Shown: positions 44,216 through 53,172 of the stretch, in pieces | How the letters are laid out: each line of letters begins with the position of its first letter | Position numbering within the stretch: the first letter of the stretch is position 1 | NCBI GenBank assembly: GCA_964369015.1 | Contig: CAYJDS010000001.1 | Span: forward strand, 1-62,760 | Direction of reading: 5' to 3' | DNA from: an uncultured Staphylococcaceae bacterium | GTDB taxonomy: Bacteria; Bacillota_I; Bacilli_A; RFN20; CAG-826 | Length of the DNA: 62,760 bases | Translations under genes and position numbers: made by a program | The notes under the pieces: model-generated | Told to the model about the DNA's origin: nothing | The model's input: only the letters and a program-made list of their open reading frames with translations | The model's database searches: none

Positions 44216-46987
44216 ATGTTTAAAAAATTTATCAAAGGGAGCATTTTATCAATCGTATCCCTCCTCACCTTAACCAGTTGTACGATGATTGACAATATTA
44301 TTGGAACTATTTTAGCAAATGTTGCAATTAATTTACCGATGCTCGTTAATGGGATTGATCTTATGCCTGACGGCCTAGAAGCTAATCCCGAATTAATGAA
44401 ATGGGAAAAATTACCAACCAATGAAGATACGCCAGAAGACTTTAATTATCTTAAAAATGTTCTCGTTATTCCAAACTTAGTCAAAGCCAATATTTTTGGA
44501 AAAGATATTTCAGTTGAATTAACCGCTGAGTTTAGTGGCGAAGAAAACATGATTGATAACTTTAAAAAAATCAGTATTGGTTTAAGTGACTTACCCGAAG
44601 GGTTTGACTTTGATTTAAGTGCCCTTCCCTTTCCAATTGATCTTGGGGTTGACATTTATATTCCAATTGGCGATAGTGACATTTTAGATGATGTTAATGG
44701 TTTTAACGATTTAGAGTCACTAATGGAGACAACCACCCAACAAGATTTACTTGACGCCGCTAACCAAGAAACAAAACCGTTTAGTATTAAGGTTAGTGTT
44801 AAATCTGCCCGAACCGCCAAATCAAAAACTTTTTATTTCCGCCTCACTAAACCGGATTTTGGCACGGTTATACTCGATGAAGCTTTTAAACTCGGAATGC
44901 TCGTTAATCTCTTCTCTTTCCGCTTTAACGAAGATCCGCTTATTGAATTTAAACAAGATGAAGCTGTTGATAGCGAGAATCCGCTTGAATTAAGTTTTTT
45001 AACCGACTCCCTAATTATTCCTAAGCAAGTAACAATTAAAGGTGTTTCAACTATTAATATTGCTTACGATTTGAAAAATAGCAGTTTATCTAATTTCTTT
45101 ATCGCCGAAGAATCACGTAACCCTAGTGAATTTACGAGCGATGAGGCAGTATTAAATATGATTGAAGGCGATATTTCTGCTTATACATTCACCCCTGTTG
45201 GTAATGAATATAACGAAAAACTTGAGGATAAAGATATTTCATCCGTCGATGAATTTGCTGATCACATCAAAAGCGTCACAACTGAACACAATCAAAGTGA
45301 CTTAGAAGATCTTTATCAAGCAAGTCAAAGTGATCCGTTTGATTTTGAACTTGAGCTAACGGTTTCGGCGGGTAGTGATAGTCGTTCTGAATCGTTCTTC
45401 TTTACCATGAAAAAGGCAATGCTTGACGCGCAAATTCTTGATTTCGTCATTGAAAACGAAAAGATTGTCCAAAAAGTTCATTATCAAGCGGTTGATACTC
45501 CACTAGAAGTTTCAAGTGATACCTTAGACTTAGAAATGCTCACCGAGACCCTGGCTTTTCCAAAATCAATTACGCTCCCTGGCTTTGATACCCGGCCAAT
45601 TAATTTTAGTCTTGAATTTGAAAATGAAAGTGATCGCGCCCTCTTCTACCCCGGAATCCAAGAATTAAGCGCGGAAACGACCGGGTTTGACGGCGCTGAA
45701 CTCGAAGTGCAAACTTTAACTCCAATTGGCGAAGACTACACTCCGAAACCAGAAGACGACACCCTGGAAAAGTTTGCAAACACAATTCAAGGCATGTTTG
45801 ATAGTGATGTTGAAGGTCTCTATCGAATTGTTAGTTATGAACATGACGTCCCAATCAAAGTAAGACTTACTGCCTCGCTTGAAAAAGACGGCGAATTTAC
45901 TTATTCAAGGGAACGCCAAATTACCATTAATCTTAAACCGGCGGATGTTGATAAAGACATCATTGATTACTTAATTGATGACCAACGACTGATTAACATT
46001 GTTAATTACGAAGATATTGACAAAATTCAAGGCGAAGACGGTGATCCTTCCCAATATATTGATAGTGTTGGTGATACGACTGAGACAATAATAGTCGAAC
46101 ATCTAGCGGACACAATTATTATTCCTTCACAAATTGAACTTGGTAGTTTTGAAGGAAAAACACTTAAGGTAACCCCTGATATAACCTACGAAGGTGACGC
46201 ACCAACATTCTTCGAATCAAGCCAAGATGTTGAGCTAGACGGCTTTGATATTAAGGCAGATACGATTACTTCAACCGGCGGCTATCAGACCACGACCAAC
46301 GATCTCCAAGTGTTTGCTGCCGAAATTAGTGACTTAGACACAAAAGATTTGTATAAATATTCACAGGCCGCCACTAATGAAGTTGATATTATAATTACAA
46401 TTAAATTAGAAAAAGTTGGGGCCGAGCCGACCACAAAGAGCAAAACCTTCACAATTGAATTTGTTAAAGCTCATATTTCCGAAAGTAAGATAGCGGAATC
46501 AATCTTTGCCACCGAAGAACCTTACAGCGTTGTTAATGTTTTAAACGCTGATAATTATTCAAGTGAAGATAGCGGTCTTACTTCTTTAGCGGACGCCGGA
46601 GACATTACCCTTTTCTACGATACCCTGATTATTCCACAATCAATTACCTTCAGAGACTTTGGCGGTAAAACCATCACCTTTGAATATGATTTTAAAAATG
46701 ATATGGAGGATTATTTCTTCATTAAGTCAAAGAGCCAAGTTATTGATGAACAAACAATTACCGTCTTTACTTTCACTCCAGTCGCGGGCTATGATTCTTC
46801 TGATATTCAAGAATTTGCTGATTTAATCGATGTACTTGAAGATGATATTCTTTCATTGTACTTAGCAAATAGCGTAGCGGTGCCAGTAACTATTACTTTA
46901 ACAGTTACAATCAAAGTAGATGGTGTCTTTGGTGGCACTAAAGATTATATCATTCCAACTGTTCCAGCTAGTATTACCTATCCTTAA
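44216..46987 (+). CDS. 923-aa acidic lipoprotein built from ~5 repeated modules
   Basis: Lipobox LTSC. Recurrent elements: [LI]xIPxx[IV]...F.GK.I.. and module ends such as KSKTFYFRL, RSESFFFTM, RERQITINL, KSKTFTIEF. Confidence 0.75.
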   Translation: MFKKFIKGSILSIVSLLTLTSCTMIDNIIGTILANVAINLPMLVNGIDLMPDGLEANPELMKWEKLPTNEDTPEDFNYLKNVLVIPNLVKANIFGKDISVELTAEFSGEENMIDNFKKISIGLSDLPEGFDFDLSALPFPIDLGVDIYIPIGDSDILDDVNGFNDLESLMETTTQQDLLDAANQETKPFSIKVSVKSARTAKSKTFYFRLTKPDFGTVILDEAFKLGMLVNLFSFRFNEDPLIEFKQDEAVDSENPLELSFLTDSLIIPKQVTIKGVSTINIAYDLKNSSLSNFFIAEESRNPSEFTSDEAVLNMIEGDISAYTFTPVGNEYNEKLEDKDISSVDEFADHIKSVTTEHNQSDLEDLYQASQSDPFDFELELTVSAGSDSRSESFFFTMKKAMLDAQILDFVIENEKIVQKVHYQAVDTPLEVSSDTLDLEMLTETLAFPKSITLPGFDTRPINFSLEFENESDRALFYPGIQELSAETTGFDGAELEVQTLTPIGEDYTPKPEDDTLEKFANTIQGMFDSDVEGLYRIVSYEHDVPIKVRLTASLEKDGEFTYSRERQITINLKPADVDKDIIDYLIDDQRLINIVNYEDIDKIQGEDGDPSQYIDSVGDTTETIIVEHLADTIIIPSQIELGSFEGKTLKVTPDITYEGDAPTFFESSQDVELDGFDIKADTITSTGGYQTTTNDLQVFAAEISDLDTKDLYKYSQAATNEVDIIITIKLEKVGAEPTTKSKTFTIEFVKAHISESKIAESIFATEEPYSVVNVLNADNYSSEDSGLTSLADAGDITLFYDTLIIPQSITFRDFGGKTITFEYDFKNDMEDYFFIKSKSQVIDEQTITVFTFTPVAGYDSSDIQEFADLIDVLEDDILSLYLANSVAVPVTITLTVTIKVDGVFGGTKDYIIPTVPASITYP

Positions 46988-47053
46988 TAATAACTAAATA
47001 ACATCATTCCTTCTTCTTTTACAAGCCTTTTTTAGGGAGAGAAAAATCATTTT

Positions 47054-47062
47054 TGATATACT
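47054..47062 (+). promoter_or_regulatory. Extended -10 (TGaTATACT) positioned for a leaderless transcript starting at the ATG at 47069
   Basis: TG at 47054-47055 and TATACT at 47057-47062. Six nt separate it from A47069. No SD in between. Confidence 0.4.
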
Positions 47063-47068
47063 ATCAAC

Positions 47069-47305
47069 ATGGAAGAATTATTACAAACTGAAAACACAAT
47101 TAAGGTCCTCCTTAACCGAATTAGACCCTATATTAGAAGCCATGGTGGCGACATTGAATTTGTTCGCTTTGAAGATGGTTTTGTTTATTTAAAAATGACG
47201 GGCGCGTGTGACGGCTGCGCTTTTGTTGATGAAACCCTAGAATACGGCATTGAAGAATTATTACTTGAAGAAGTTCCCGGTGTCATCGGTGTAATGCTTG
47301 TTTAA
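47069..47305 (+). CDS. NifU C-terminal domain (Nfu-type Fe-S scaffold/carrier) protein
   Basis: IRPYIRSHGGDIEFV and the GACDGC motif. 78 aa. Confidence 0.8.
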   Translation: MEELLQTENTIKVLLNRIRPYIRSHGGDIEFVRFEDGFVYLKMTGACDGCAFVDETLEYGIEELLLEEVPGVIGVMLV

Positions 47306-47308
47306 ACT

Positions 47309-48730
47309 TTAAGTAGTTTGATTTCTAAAATAAGTGGCAATTAATTCACGAACAAATTCCCCAGTGAGGATTTGGTCCATTTTTGCGGTTACCTTGCGTT
47401 CATCGGTGCTTAAATAATCAATTGTTATTAAATTGTATGTTTTACTAAAATCAAGATTTTTGTTCGAGGCAATCTGACCACTAAAAAAGGAGCTTAGGTT
47501 TTGCGCACTGATATTTTCAATAATTCTTATTTCGTTATCAAAGGGGAAAGCTTTATAGATATCACCGTATGTTATTACTCCTGGCCCTAGCGTATCAACC
47601 CGTACTCCGCCGGTATTATGGACTCCGACAACAGTCGTGGGATCATAACCTAAACTAACGCCATAATCATAAAGCAGATCAACCGCTAGTTCGGCCAACT
47701 CATACTTTGATTTTTCACTTGTTAAGTAACCAATTTGTTCATCTTTAATTTGTTTAATATCTTCAGCGTATTTATCATCAAATAGTTTCTTGACTTCAAC
47801 GTCTTCCGAGTAATCACTGATAATTTTTGTAGCCGATGTTAAGTAGTGTTTATCAACTTTAAACGCTCTTGTTTCAAAGTTAAACGTTGCACTTACTTCC
47901 ATGACTTGTTTGCCGTTACCATTAGTTTGGAGAATCGGAATGCCGTTAATAACTTGCTCATCAATCGCGTGTTGATGGCCAGAAAAAATAAGATCGACGA
48001 CTTTATCGTTAATGATTGAACGGTATTCGCCTGCCCCACCTTTTAAAGAGTCATGGGTTGAAAGGACAATGACATCAGCGCCAAGACTTTTAAGATTAGT
48101 CGCTTCGCGCCGAATATAACTATCGACTGGTTCAAAGGAATAAGCACTCACTGCGGGGGTCAAAATTGAACTTTCTAAACTAGAACCAATTGTGCCAATT
48201 ATCCCGACATTTACGCCGTTTTTTTCAACAATGACACTACTTTTAAAGGTCTCGTCGTAATTAACGAGATTAGTGGCTAATTCTTTAGTGGATTTATTAA
48301 TTATATTCGCCCCTAAGAAAGGATATTCGGCCAAAGCTTTGTTTTCTTCGATAGCTTTGTCATACCAATCAAATTCATGATTACCAAGTGTGAGCGAATC
48401 AAACTTCAGGAGGTTGCCAACTTCGGTTAAAAACTTTCCACGATTAAGATTTGAATCAGCGCTTCCTTGCCAATAGTCACCAACATTAATTTTAATTAAT
48501 TGACCATTACTTTTTTGCTCAATGTCTTTAATGTAGGAAGATAATTTAAAAATACCGGGCTCATTACTCTCACTATTTTCAACAATTGCGCCATGAAAAT
48601 CATTAATTGCTAAAAACTGGAGATTAACAACTTGGGGGAGATTTTGACTTGATGAAGCACTACTCCCATTATTGCGACAACCCGTTAGTGTTACAAGTAA
48701 GACAAGCCAAATACCTTGAGAAAACTTCAT
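47309..48730 (-). CDS. Lipoprotein 5'-nucleotidase / metallophosphoesterase (UshA-like)
   Basis: Lipobox LTGC. NDFHG, GDYWQGS, GNHEFD, GHQH motifs. C-terminal 5'-nucleotidase domain. Confidence 0.8.
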   Translation of the reverse strand: MKFSQGIWLVLLVTLTGCRNNGSSASSSQNLPQVVNLQFLAINDFHGAIVENSESNEPGIFKLSSYIKDIEQKSNGQLIKINVGDYWQGSADSNLNRGKFLTEVGNLLKFDSLTLGNHEFDWYDKAIEENKALAEYPFLGANIINKSTKELATNLVNYDETFKSSVIVEKNGVNVGIIGTIGSSLESSILTPAVSAYSFEPVDSYIRREATNLKSLGADVIVLSTHDSLKGGAGEYRSIINDKVVDLIFSGHQHAIDEQVINGIPILQTNGNGKQVMEVSATFNFETRAFKVDKHYLTSATKIISDYSEDVEVKKLFDDKYAEDIKQIKDEQIGYLTSEKSKYELAELAVDLLYDYGVSLGYDPTTVVGVHNTGGVRVDTLGPGVITYGDIYKAFPFDNEIRIIENISAQNLSSFFSGQIASNKNLDFSKTYNLITIDYLSTDERKVTAKMDQILTGEFVRELIATYFRNQTT

Positions 48731-48733
48731 TAT

Positions 48734-50206
48734 CTAATACTTCTTTCCGTCTAGTTTATTAATTCCGCGTAAATAAGTTGCGAGGACGTCACGCGGATAT
48801 TCAAAGGTATTAACAAAATAATCATCACTGCGAAACGGCGAATCATTTAATTCAAAAACAAAATTAGTAGTGGCAATATTATAATATTCATTATCAATTA
48901 ATTCATTTTGCGGCGTGTTCCAGTAATAAGCAAAATTACCACCGCGGAAAGCTTTAAGACGAGCGCCGCGAATTGCAATAAGATAGATTTCATTATCAAA
49001 CGGGAACGCTTTATAAACATCTTCATAGCGAATCTTCCCTTTTTTAAATTCACTCCGAATTCCCCCGTTTACGTTATGCATCGCGCCGACAACTTCGTAA
49101 TTTTGACCCTCAACAACGTAATCTTTGGCCATTACTTCAATAATTAAATTAGCAACCGCCGAGCGCTCCATTGATTCGCCTACAAGTCTAGTTAAAACTT
49201 CATTCTTAACCTTTTTAATATCATATTCTTGATAAAAGTAATCAAATATTTTTTTCGTGGTTTTGTCTTCACTCAATTTAAAAAGGGCAATATCTCCGAT
49301 CACTTCATGGGTATTTAATTTTAGTTCCCCTTTGTCTTTATGAAAAGCAAATTGGACATGTTGAACATCACGACCATAAGCTCGTGCTTGCAAAACAGGA
49401 ATCCCATTTATAAGTTTTTCATCACTTACGTGTTGGTGACCAGTAAAAATAGCGTCAACAACTTTATTAGTAAGTAATGGGTCCTTTTCACTACTGAAAG
49501 AATCAGTAATCCACGTATCGTGGGCGGCTAAAACAACAATATCCGCGCCTTTTTCCCGTAAGTTATTTGCTTCATTAATGACATAATCTGTAATGATATC
49601 AAACTCTAATCCGGCAATTAAGCTTGTTTGAATAGTCCTCTCTAAATCACTGCCAATTGTCCCAATAATGCCAATTTGGACCCCATCGCGTTCAACTAAA
49701 AGTGAATCATCAACAAAGTCAGCTACTTCGCCTGTTGATTTATCAATAATGTTTGCCCCTAAATACGGAAAGTTAGATATTTCTTTATTACTTCTAATAG
49801 TTTCAATTTTCCAATCAAATTCGTGGTTACCATAAATAAAAGCGTCGTACGTCATATGATTTAGGGCATGGGTAACCATTTTACCTTGGCTTAAATTTGA
49901 ATCAGCGCTGCCTTGCCACATGTCGCCGTTTGCTATTAAAACTGTTCCGCCGGGATTTTCATTGCGCTTTTCTTTAAGAAAAGAGTTCATCCTTGTTATA
50001 CCTGGAAGGGTCGAATCTTGGTCGTAAGTTAGTGCCCCATGAAAATCATTAAGGGCGTAAAAATCAATTAATGTGTAGCCGTCTTGATCGACAAGGGCGT
50101 TGTGCATTGAATAATCATAAGTATCGTATTCTAATTTTACATTAGGCGTACATCCGGAAATAAGCAAGGCAAAAAGTGGTAATAAAATCTTTATTCGTTT
50201 GTTCAT
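48734..50206 (-). CDS. Lipoprotein 5'-nucleotidase / metallophosphoesterase (tandem paralogue)
   Basis: Lipobox ISGC. NDFHG, GDMWQGS, GNHEFD, GHQH motifs. Confidence 0.8.
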   Translation of the reverse strand: MNKRIKILLPLFALLISGCTPNVKLEYDTYDYSMHNALVDQDGYTLIDFYALNDFHGALTYDQDSTLPGITRMNSFLKEKRNENPGGTVLIANGDMWQGSADSNLSQGKMVTHALNHMTYDAFIYGNHEFDWKIETIRSNKEISNFPYLGANIIDKSTGEVADFVDDSLLVERDGVQIGIIGTIGSDLERTIQTSLIAGLEFDIITDYVINEANNLREKGADIVVLAAHDTWITDSFSSEKDPLLTNKVVDAIFTGHQHVSDEKLINGIPVLQARAYGRDVQHVQFAFHKDKGELKLNTHEVIGDIALFKLSEDKTTKKIFDYFYQEYDIKKVKNEVLTRLVGESMERSAVANLIIEVMAKDYVVEGQNYEVVGAMHNVNGGIRSEFKKGKIRYEDVYKAFPFDNEIYLIAIRGARLKAFRGGNFAYYWNTPQNELIDNEYYNIATTNFVFELNDSPFRSDDYFVNTFEYPRDVLATYLRGINKLDGKKY

Positions 50207-50982
50207 AAGCGAATATTTTCCTTTTTGTTAACAATAATATAACCCTCAAGATTGCGATAATCTTTCTTGTTATACTTAATTTTTTCACCGTTTGGTTTTA
50301 AGAAGAGTCCTCCTGCTTCAGTAACGATTAAGTCACTTGCGGCAACGTCCCATTCTTTAGTGCCCGCACTACCACGAAAAACGAGTTCAGCTTCGCCTTT
50401 AGCAATTGCGATTGCTTTTAAGGTTGAACCAATGGTTATTACCTTACTAATAAGATCATTATTGCGCGTAAAATAATCGTTTTCACTATCGCGGCGGTGA
50501 TAACGAGACGCGACCGCGGTGATTTCGCTTGTTTTGTGATTAACCTGCATTTTTTTAATTTCTCCAGCAGGGGATAGATGAAAGGCTCCGCCGTTTAAGG
50601 TTGCGTAATATAAGTCACCACTAACCGGAGCACCAATGACCCCAACAACAATGTCACCTTTGTAACTAAGCGCAATACAAACACTAAATTCGTCATCACG
50701 ATTAATAAAGTCTTTTGTGCCATCAAGTGGATCAACAATCCAAACATAATCCGCGTTTAAGCGCGCTAAGTCATCAGCCCCTTCTTCGGTTAAAAAGTGG
50801 TAGGAAGGGAAGCGTGGTCCAAGATAGTTTCTGATGGCGGCGTCCGCGGTTTTATCGGCAATTGTAACTGGGGAATCATCTTCCTTAATTTCAACCGCAA
50901 AATTTTGGTGATAGATATCAAGAATGATTTTATTAGCAATTCGGCATGCTTCTAGCGCCGCTTGTAGTTCTTTTTGATACAT
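50203..50982 (-). CDS. Inositol monophosphatase / CysQ-family phosphatase
   Basis: FLTEE, WIVDPLDGT and WD motifs of the IMPase fold. Confidence 0.8.
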   Translation of the reverse strand: MYQKELQAALEACRIANKIILDIYHQNFAVEIKEDDSPVTIADKTADAAIRNYLGPRFPSYHFLTEEGADDLARLNADYVWIVDPLDGTKDFINRDDEFSVCIALSYKGDIVVGVIGAPVSGDLYYATLNGGAFHLSPAGEIKKMQVNHKTSEITAVASRYHRRDSENDYFTRNNDLISKVITIGSTLKAIAIAKGEAELVFRGSAGTKEWDVAASDLIVTEAGGLFLKPNGEKIKYNKKDYRNLEGYIIVNKKENIRL

Positions 50983-51914
50983 TAAGCAATTTCCTCTGCA
51001 TTTACTAAAGCTTCTAAGACTTTAATAATTTCTTCTTTGTTTTCTAATCGGCATCCACTAGCTTTAAGATGGCCACCGCCACCAAATGCACGGGCAACCC
51101 GTTGGACATTGTGCGATTTTGACCGTAATTCGCTGTAAATTAGCCCGTTTTCATCACTAAAAAATGTCGCCCAAGTTGGATAACCTTCGTAACCCGAATA
51201 AGTATTAACAAACGCACTACCTTCACTAAAAGTGAGGCCGAGTTTAGTTAACTCTTCATGGGTAAGGGAAATGTAGATGACATTTTTATAAGTCACATAA
51301 TTCATCATAAAATAGCCGCGCGTTTTTAGTCCTTCAAGTTTTCGTCTACCTAAAACGTCATTAATAAACTTAAAGTCCGCGCCGTTTTCGAGGAGATAAC
51401 TCATTACTTTAAAGGTTAAAGCACTCGTTAAGTCATAGACAAAACGGCCTGAATCAGTGGTTATTCCAAGCGCAAGCGCACTCGCGCCGCGGTTACTAAT
51501 TTTTAAGTTTTCACTAATTACATATTCGCCGAGAATTTCTGAGGCGGCAATTCGGTTTGTCTTAACAATTTCCTCATTAGTAAAATTTTCAACAAAAACG
51601 TGATGATCAACTTTAAAAGAATCTTTTGCTAACCGGAATCGTTGATCAAAGACACGGTCAGCGTTAGCGATATCAACCACTAAAGCTGCACTGTTGCTAA
51701 TAACTTCGTCACTGACAACATCAAGCGGACCAAGAAGTGTTAAAAATGGTTCTTTATTTTCCCCAACAACATAAACTTCTTTGTCGGGAAAATTTGCTTT
51801 AATTATTTCTTGCGCGCCAACCATACTCCCAATCGCATCCCCATCGGGATAGATGTGAGAAAAAATCGTAATAATGTTATGCCGCTTAATAAACTCGGTT
51901 AAAGAACTAAACAC
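50982..51914 (-). CDS. nrnA: DHH/DHHA1 phosphoesterase (NrnA-like oligoribonuclease / pAp phosphatase)
   Basis: HIYPDGDAIGS, DHH (KVDHHVF) and GGGGH motifs. Confidence 0.8.
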   Translation of the reverse strand: MFSSLTEFIKRHNIITIFSHIYPDGDAIGSMVGAQEIIKANFPDKEVYVVGENKEPFLTLLGPLDVVSDEVISNSAALVVDIANADRVFDQRFRLAKDSFKVDHHVFVENFTNEEIVKTNRIAASEILGEYVISENLKISNRGASALALGITTDSGRFVYDLTSALTFKVMSYLLENGADFKFINDVLGRRKLEGLKTRGYFMMNYVTYKNVIYISLTHEELTKLGLTFSEGSAFVNTYSGYEGYPTWATFFSDENGLIYSELRSKSHNVQRVARAFGGGGHLKASGCRLENKEEIIKVLEALVNAEEIA

Positions 51915-51916
51915 AA

Positions 51917-52774
51917 TTAGATTGCTTTGCCGACTGATCCGAAAACTTCACATTTTTCCCGAACGACGGACTTGATTCCTTTCATGCCGGGGACGATAAA
52001 TTTACGTGGGTCATAAACTTTAAGATCATTATTAAGTACTTCACGGACTGCTTTGGTGAAATATTGTTGACATTCAGTATTAACATTAATTTTTGCCGTT
52101 CCGCGTTCAATCGCTTTCTTAATTTGGAAATCAGGAATACCACTTCCTCCATGGAGGACAAGCGGGACACCACAAATTTTATTGATGTGTTCCATTTCGT
52201 CAAACCCTAACTTTGGTTCGCCTTTATATGGCCCGTGGACACTGCCAAGGGCCGGGGCTAAACAGTCAATTCCCGTGGTTTTGACCATTTCTAAACATTC
52301 TTCAGGGTTAGCGTACATTGTTTCAGCAATAACGTGTTCTTCTTGACCACCAATGCTGCCTAGTTCACTTTCAACACTGACACCCCGAGCGTGGGCATAT
52401 TCAACAACCCGTTTGGTAATTTCAAGATTTTCTTTAAATGGGTGATGACTAGCGTCAATCATGACGGAGGTAAAGCCCGCGTCAATTGCTTTTTTACATG
52501 CTTCTTCACTGCTACCGTGGTCTAAGTGAATTGCAATTGGAATAGTGTAGCCGCGATCAATAATTAATCCTTTGACCATATGAACAACAACATTAAAGCC
52601 GCCCATATGACGCGCTGCGCCTTCACTAACGCCTAAAATTACTGGAGACTTAAGCGCTTCTACTTCATCTAAAATTGCAATCGTCCATTCAAGGTTATTA
52701 GTGTTGAATTGACCAACAGCATACTTTTCTTTGTTTGCTTTAATAAGCATTTCTTTCATGCTAACAAGTGCCAT
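51917..52774 (-). CDS. fba: Class II fructose-bisphosphate aldolase
   Basis: Start moved to [10 protein letters not shown] (52772-52774). HLDHG, MIDASH and LHGGSG motifs. The listed ORF's N-terminal extension is a shadow of the rpoE acidic tail. Confidence 0.9.
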   Translation of the reverse strand: MALVSMKEMLIKANKEKYAVGQFNTNNLEWTIAILDEVEALKSPVILGVSEGAARHMGGFNVVVHMVKGLIIDRGYTIPIAIHLDHGSSEEACKKAIDAGFTSVMIDASHHPFKENLEITKRVVEYAHARGVSVESELGSIGGQEEHVIAETMYANPEECLEMVKTTGIDCLAPALGSVHGPYKGEPKLGFDEMEHINKICGVPLVLHGGSGIPDFQIKKAIERGTAKINVNTECQQYFTKAVREVLNNDLKVYDPRKFIVPGMKGIKSVVREKCEVFGSVGKAI

Positions 52775-52790
52775 ATTATTTTCCTTCTTT

Positions 52791-53159
52791 CTATTTATCG
52801 TCGCTTTCCGCGGCGTTTTTACCTTCTTCAGTTTCTTCTTCTTCAAAATAAACAATTTCTGGCGTTTCTTCTTCGTCTTCTTCTTCGCCTTCTTCGATAT
52901 CGGAATATACTTCACTAAGTTGTAATTCAATTTCGTCAAACGGGACAAATTCACGTAAGGTCCAGACGTTGTCGCCGAGATTAACAAAGCGACCATCCAT
53001 CATCAAGAGGGTATAAAATTTTGAAATTTGTTTTTGCCCATCCGCTTCACTATATTCGTGTTCATTGACAATACTTTGCCATAAATCAACAAATGATAAG
53101 GGTCCTCCCTTAGTTTTTAATAAATCGTAGGCAATTTCAATGTTTGTTCTTTTTTTCAT
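52791..53159 (-). CDS. rpoE: RNA polymerase delta subunit
   Basis: Start at [15 protein letters not shown]-terminal HARE-HTH-like domain plus a long Glu/Asp-rich tail. Confidence 0.85.
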   Translation of the reverse strand: MKKRTNIEIAYDLLKTKGGPLSFVDLWQSIVNEHEYSEADGQKQISKFYTLLMMDGRFVNLGDNVWTLREFVPFDEIELQLSEVYSDIEEGEEEDEEETPEIVYFEEEETEEGKNAAESDDK

Positions 53160-53172
53160 AAAAGTTCTCCTT

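Noticed and set aside
52775-52996. Lys-rich N-terminal extension of the aldolase ORF ([13 protein letters not shown]...)
   Set aside because: It is the reverse-strand shadow of the Glu/Asp-rich tail of rpoE. The aldolase has a good RBS and a conserved start at 52774.
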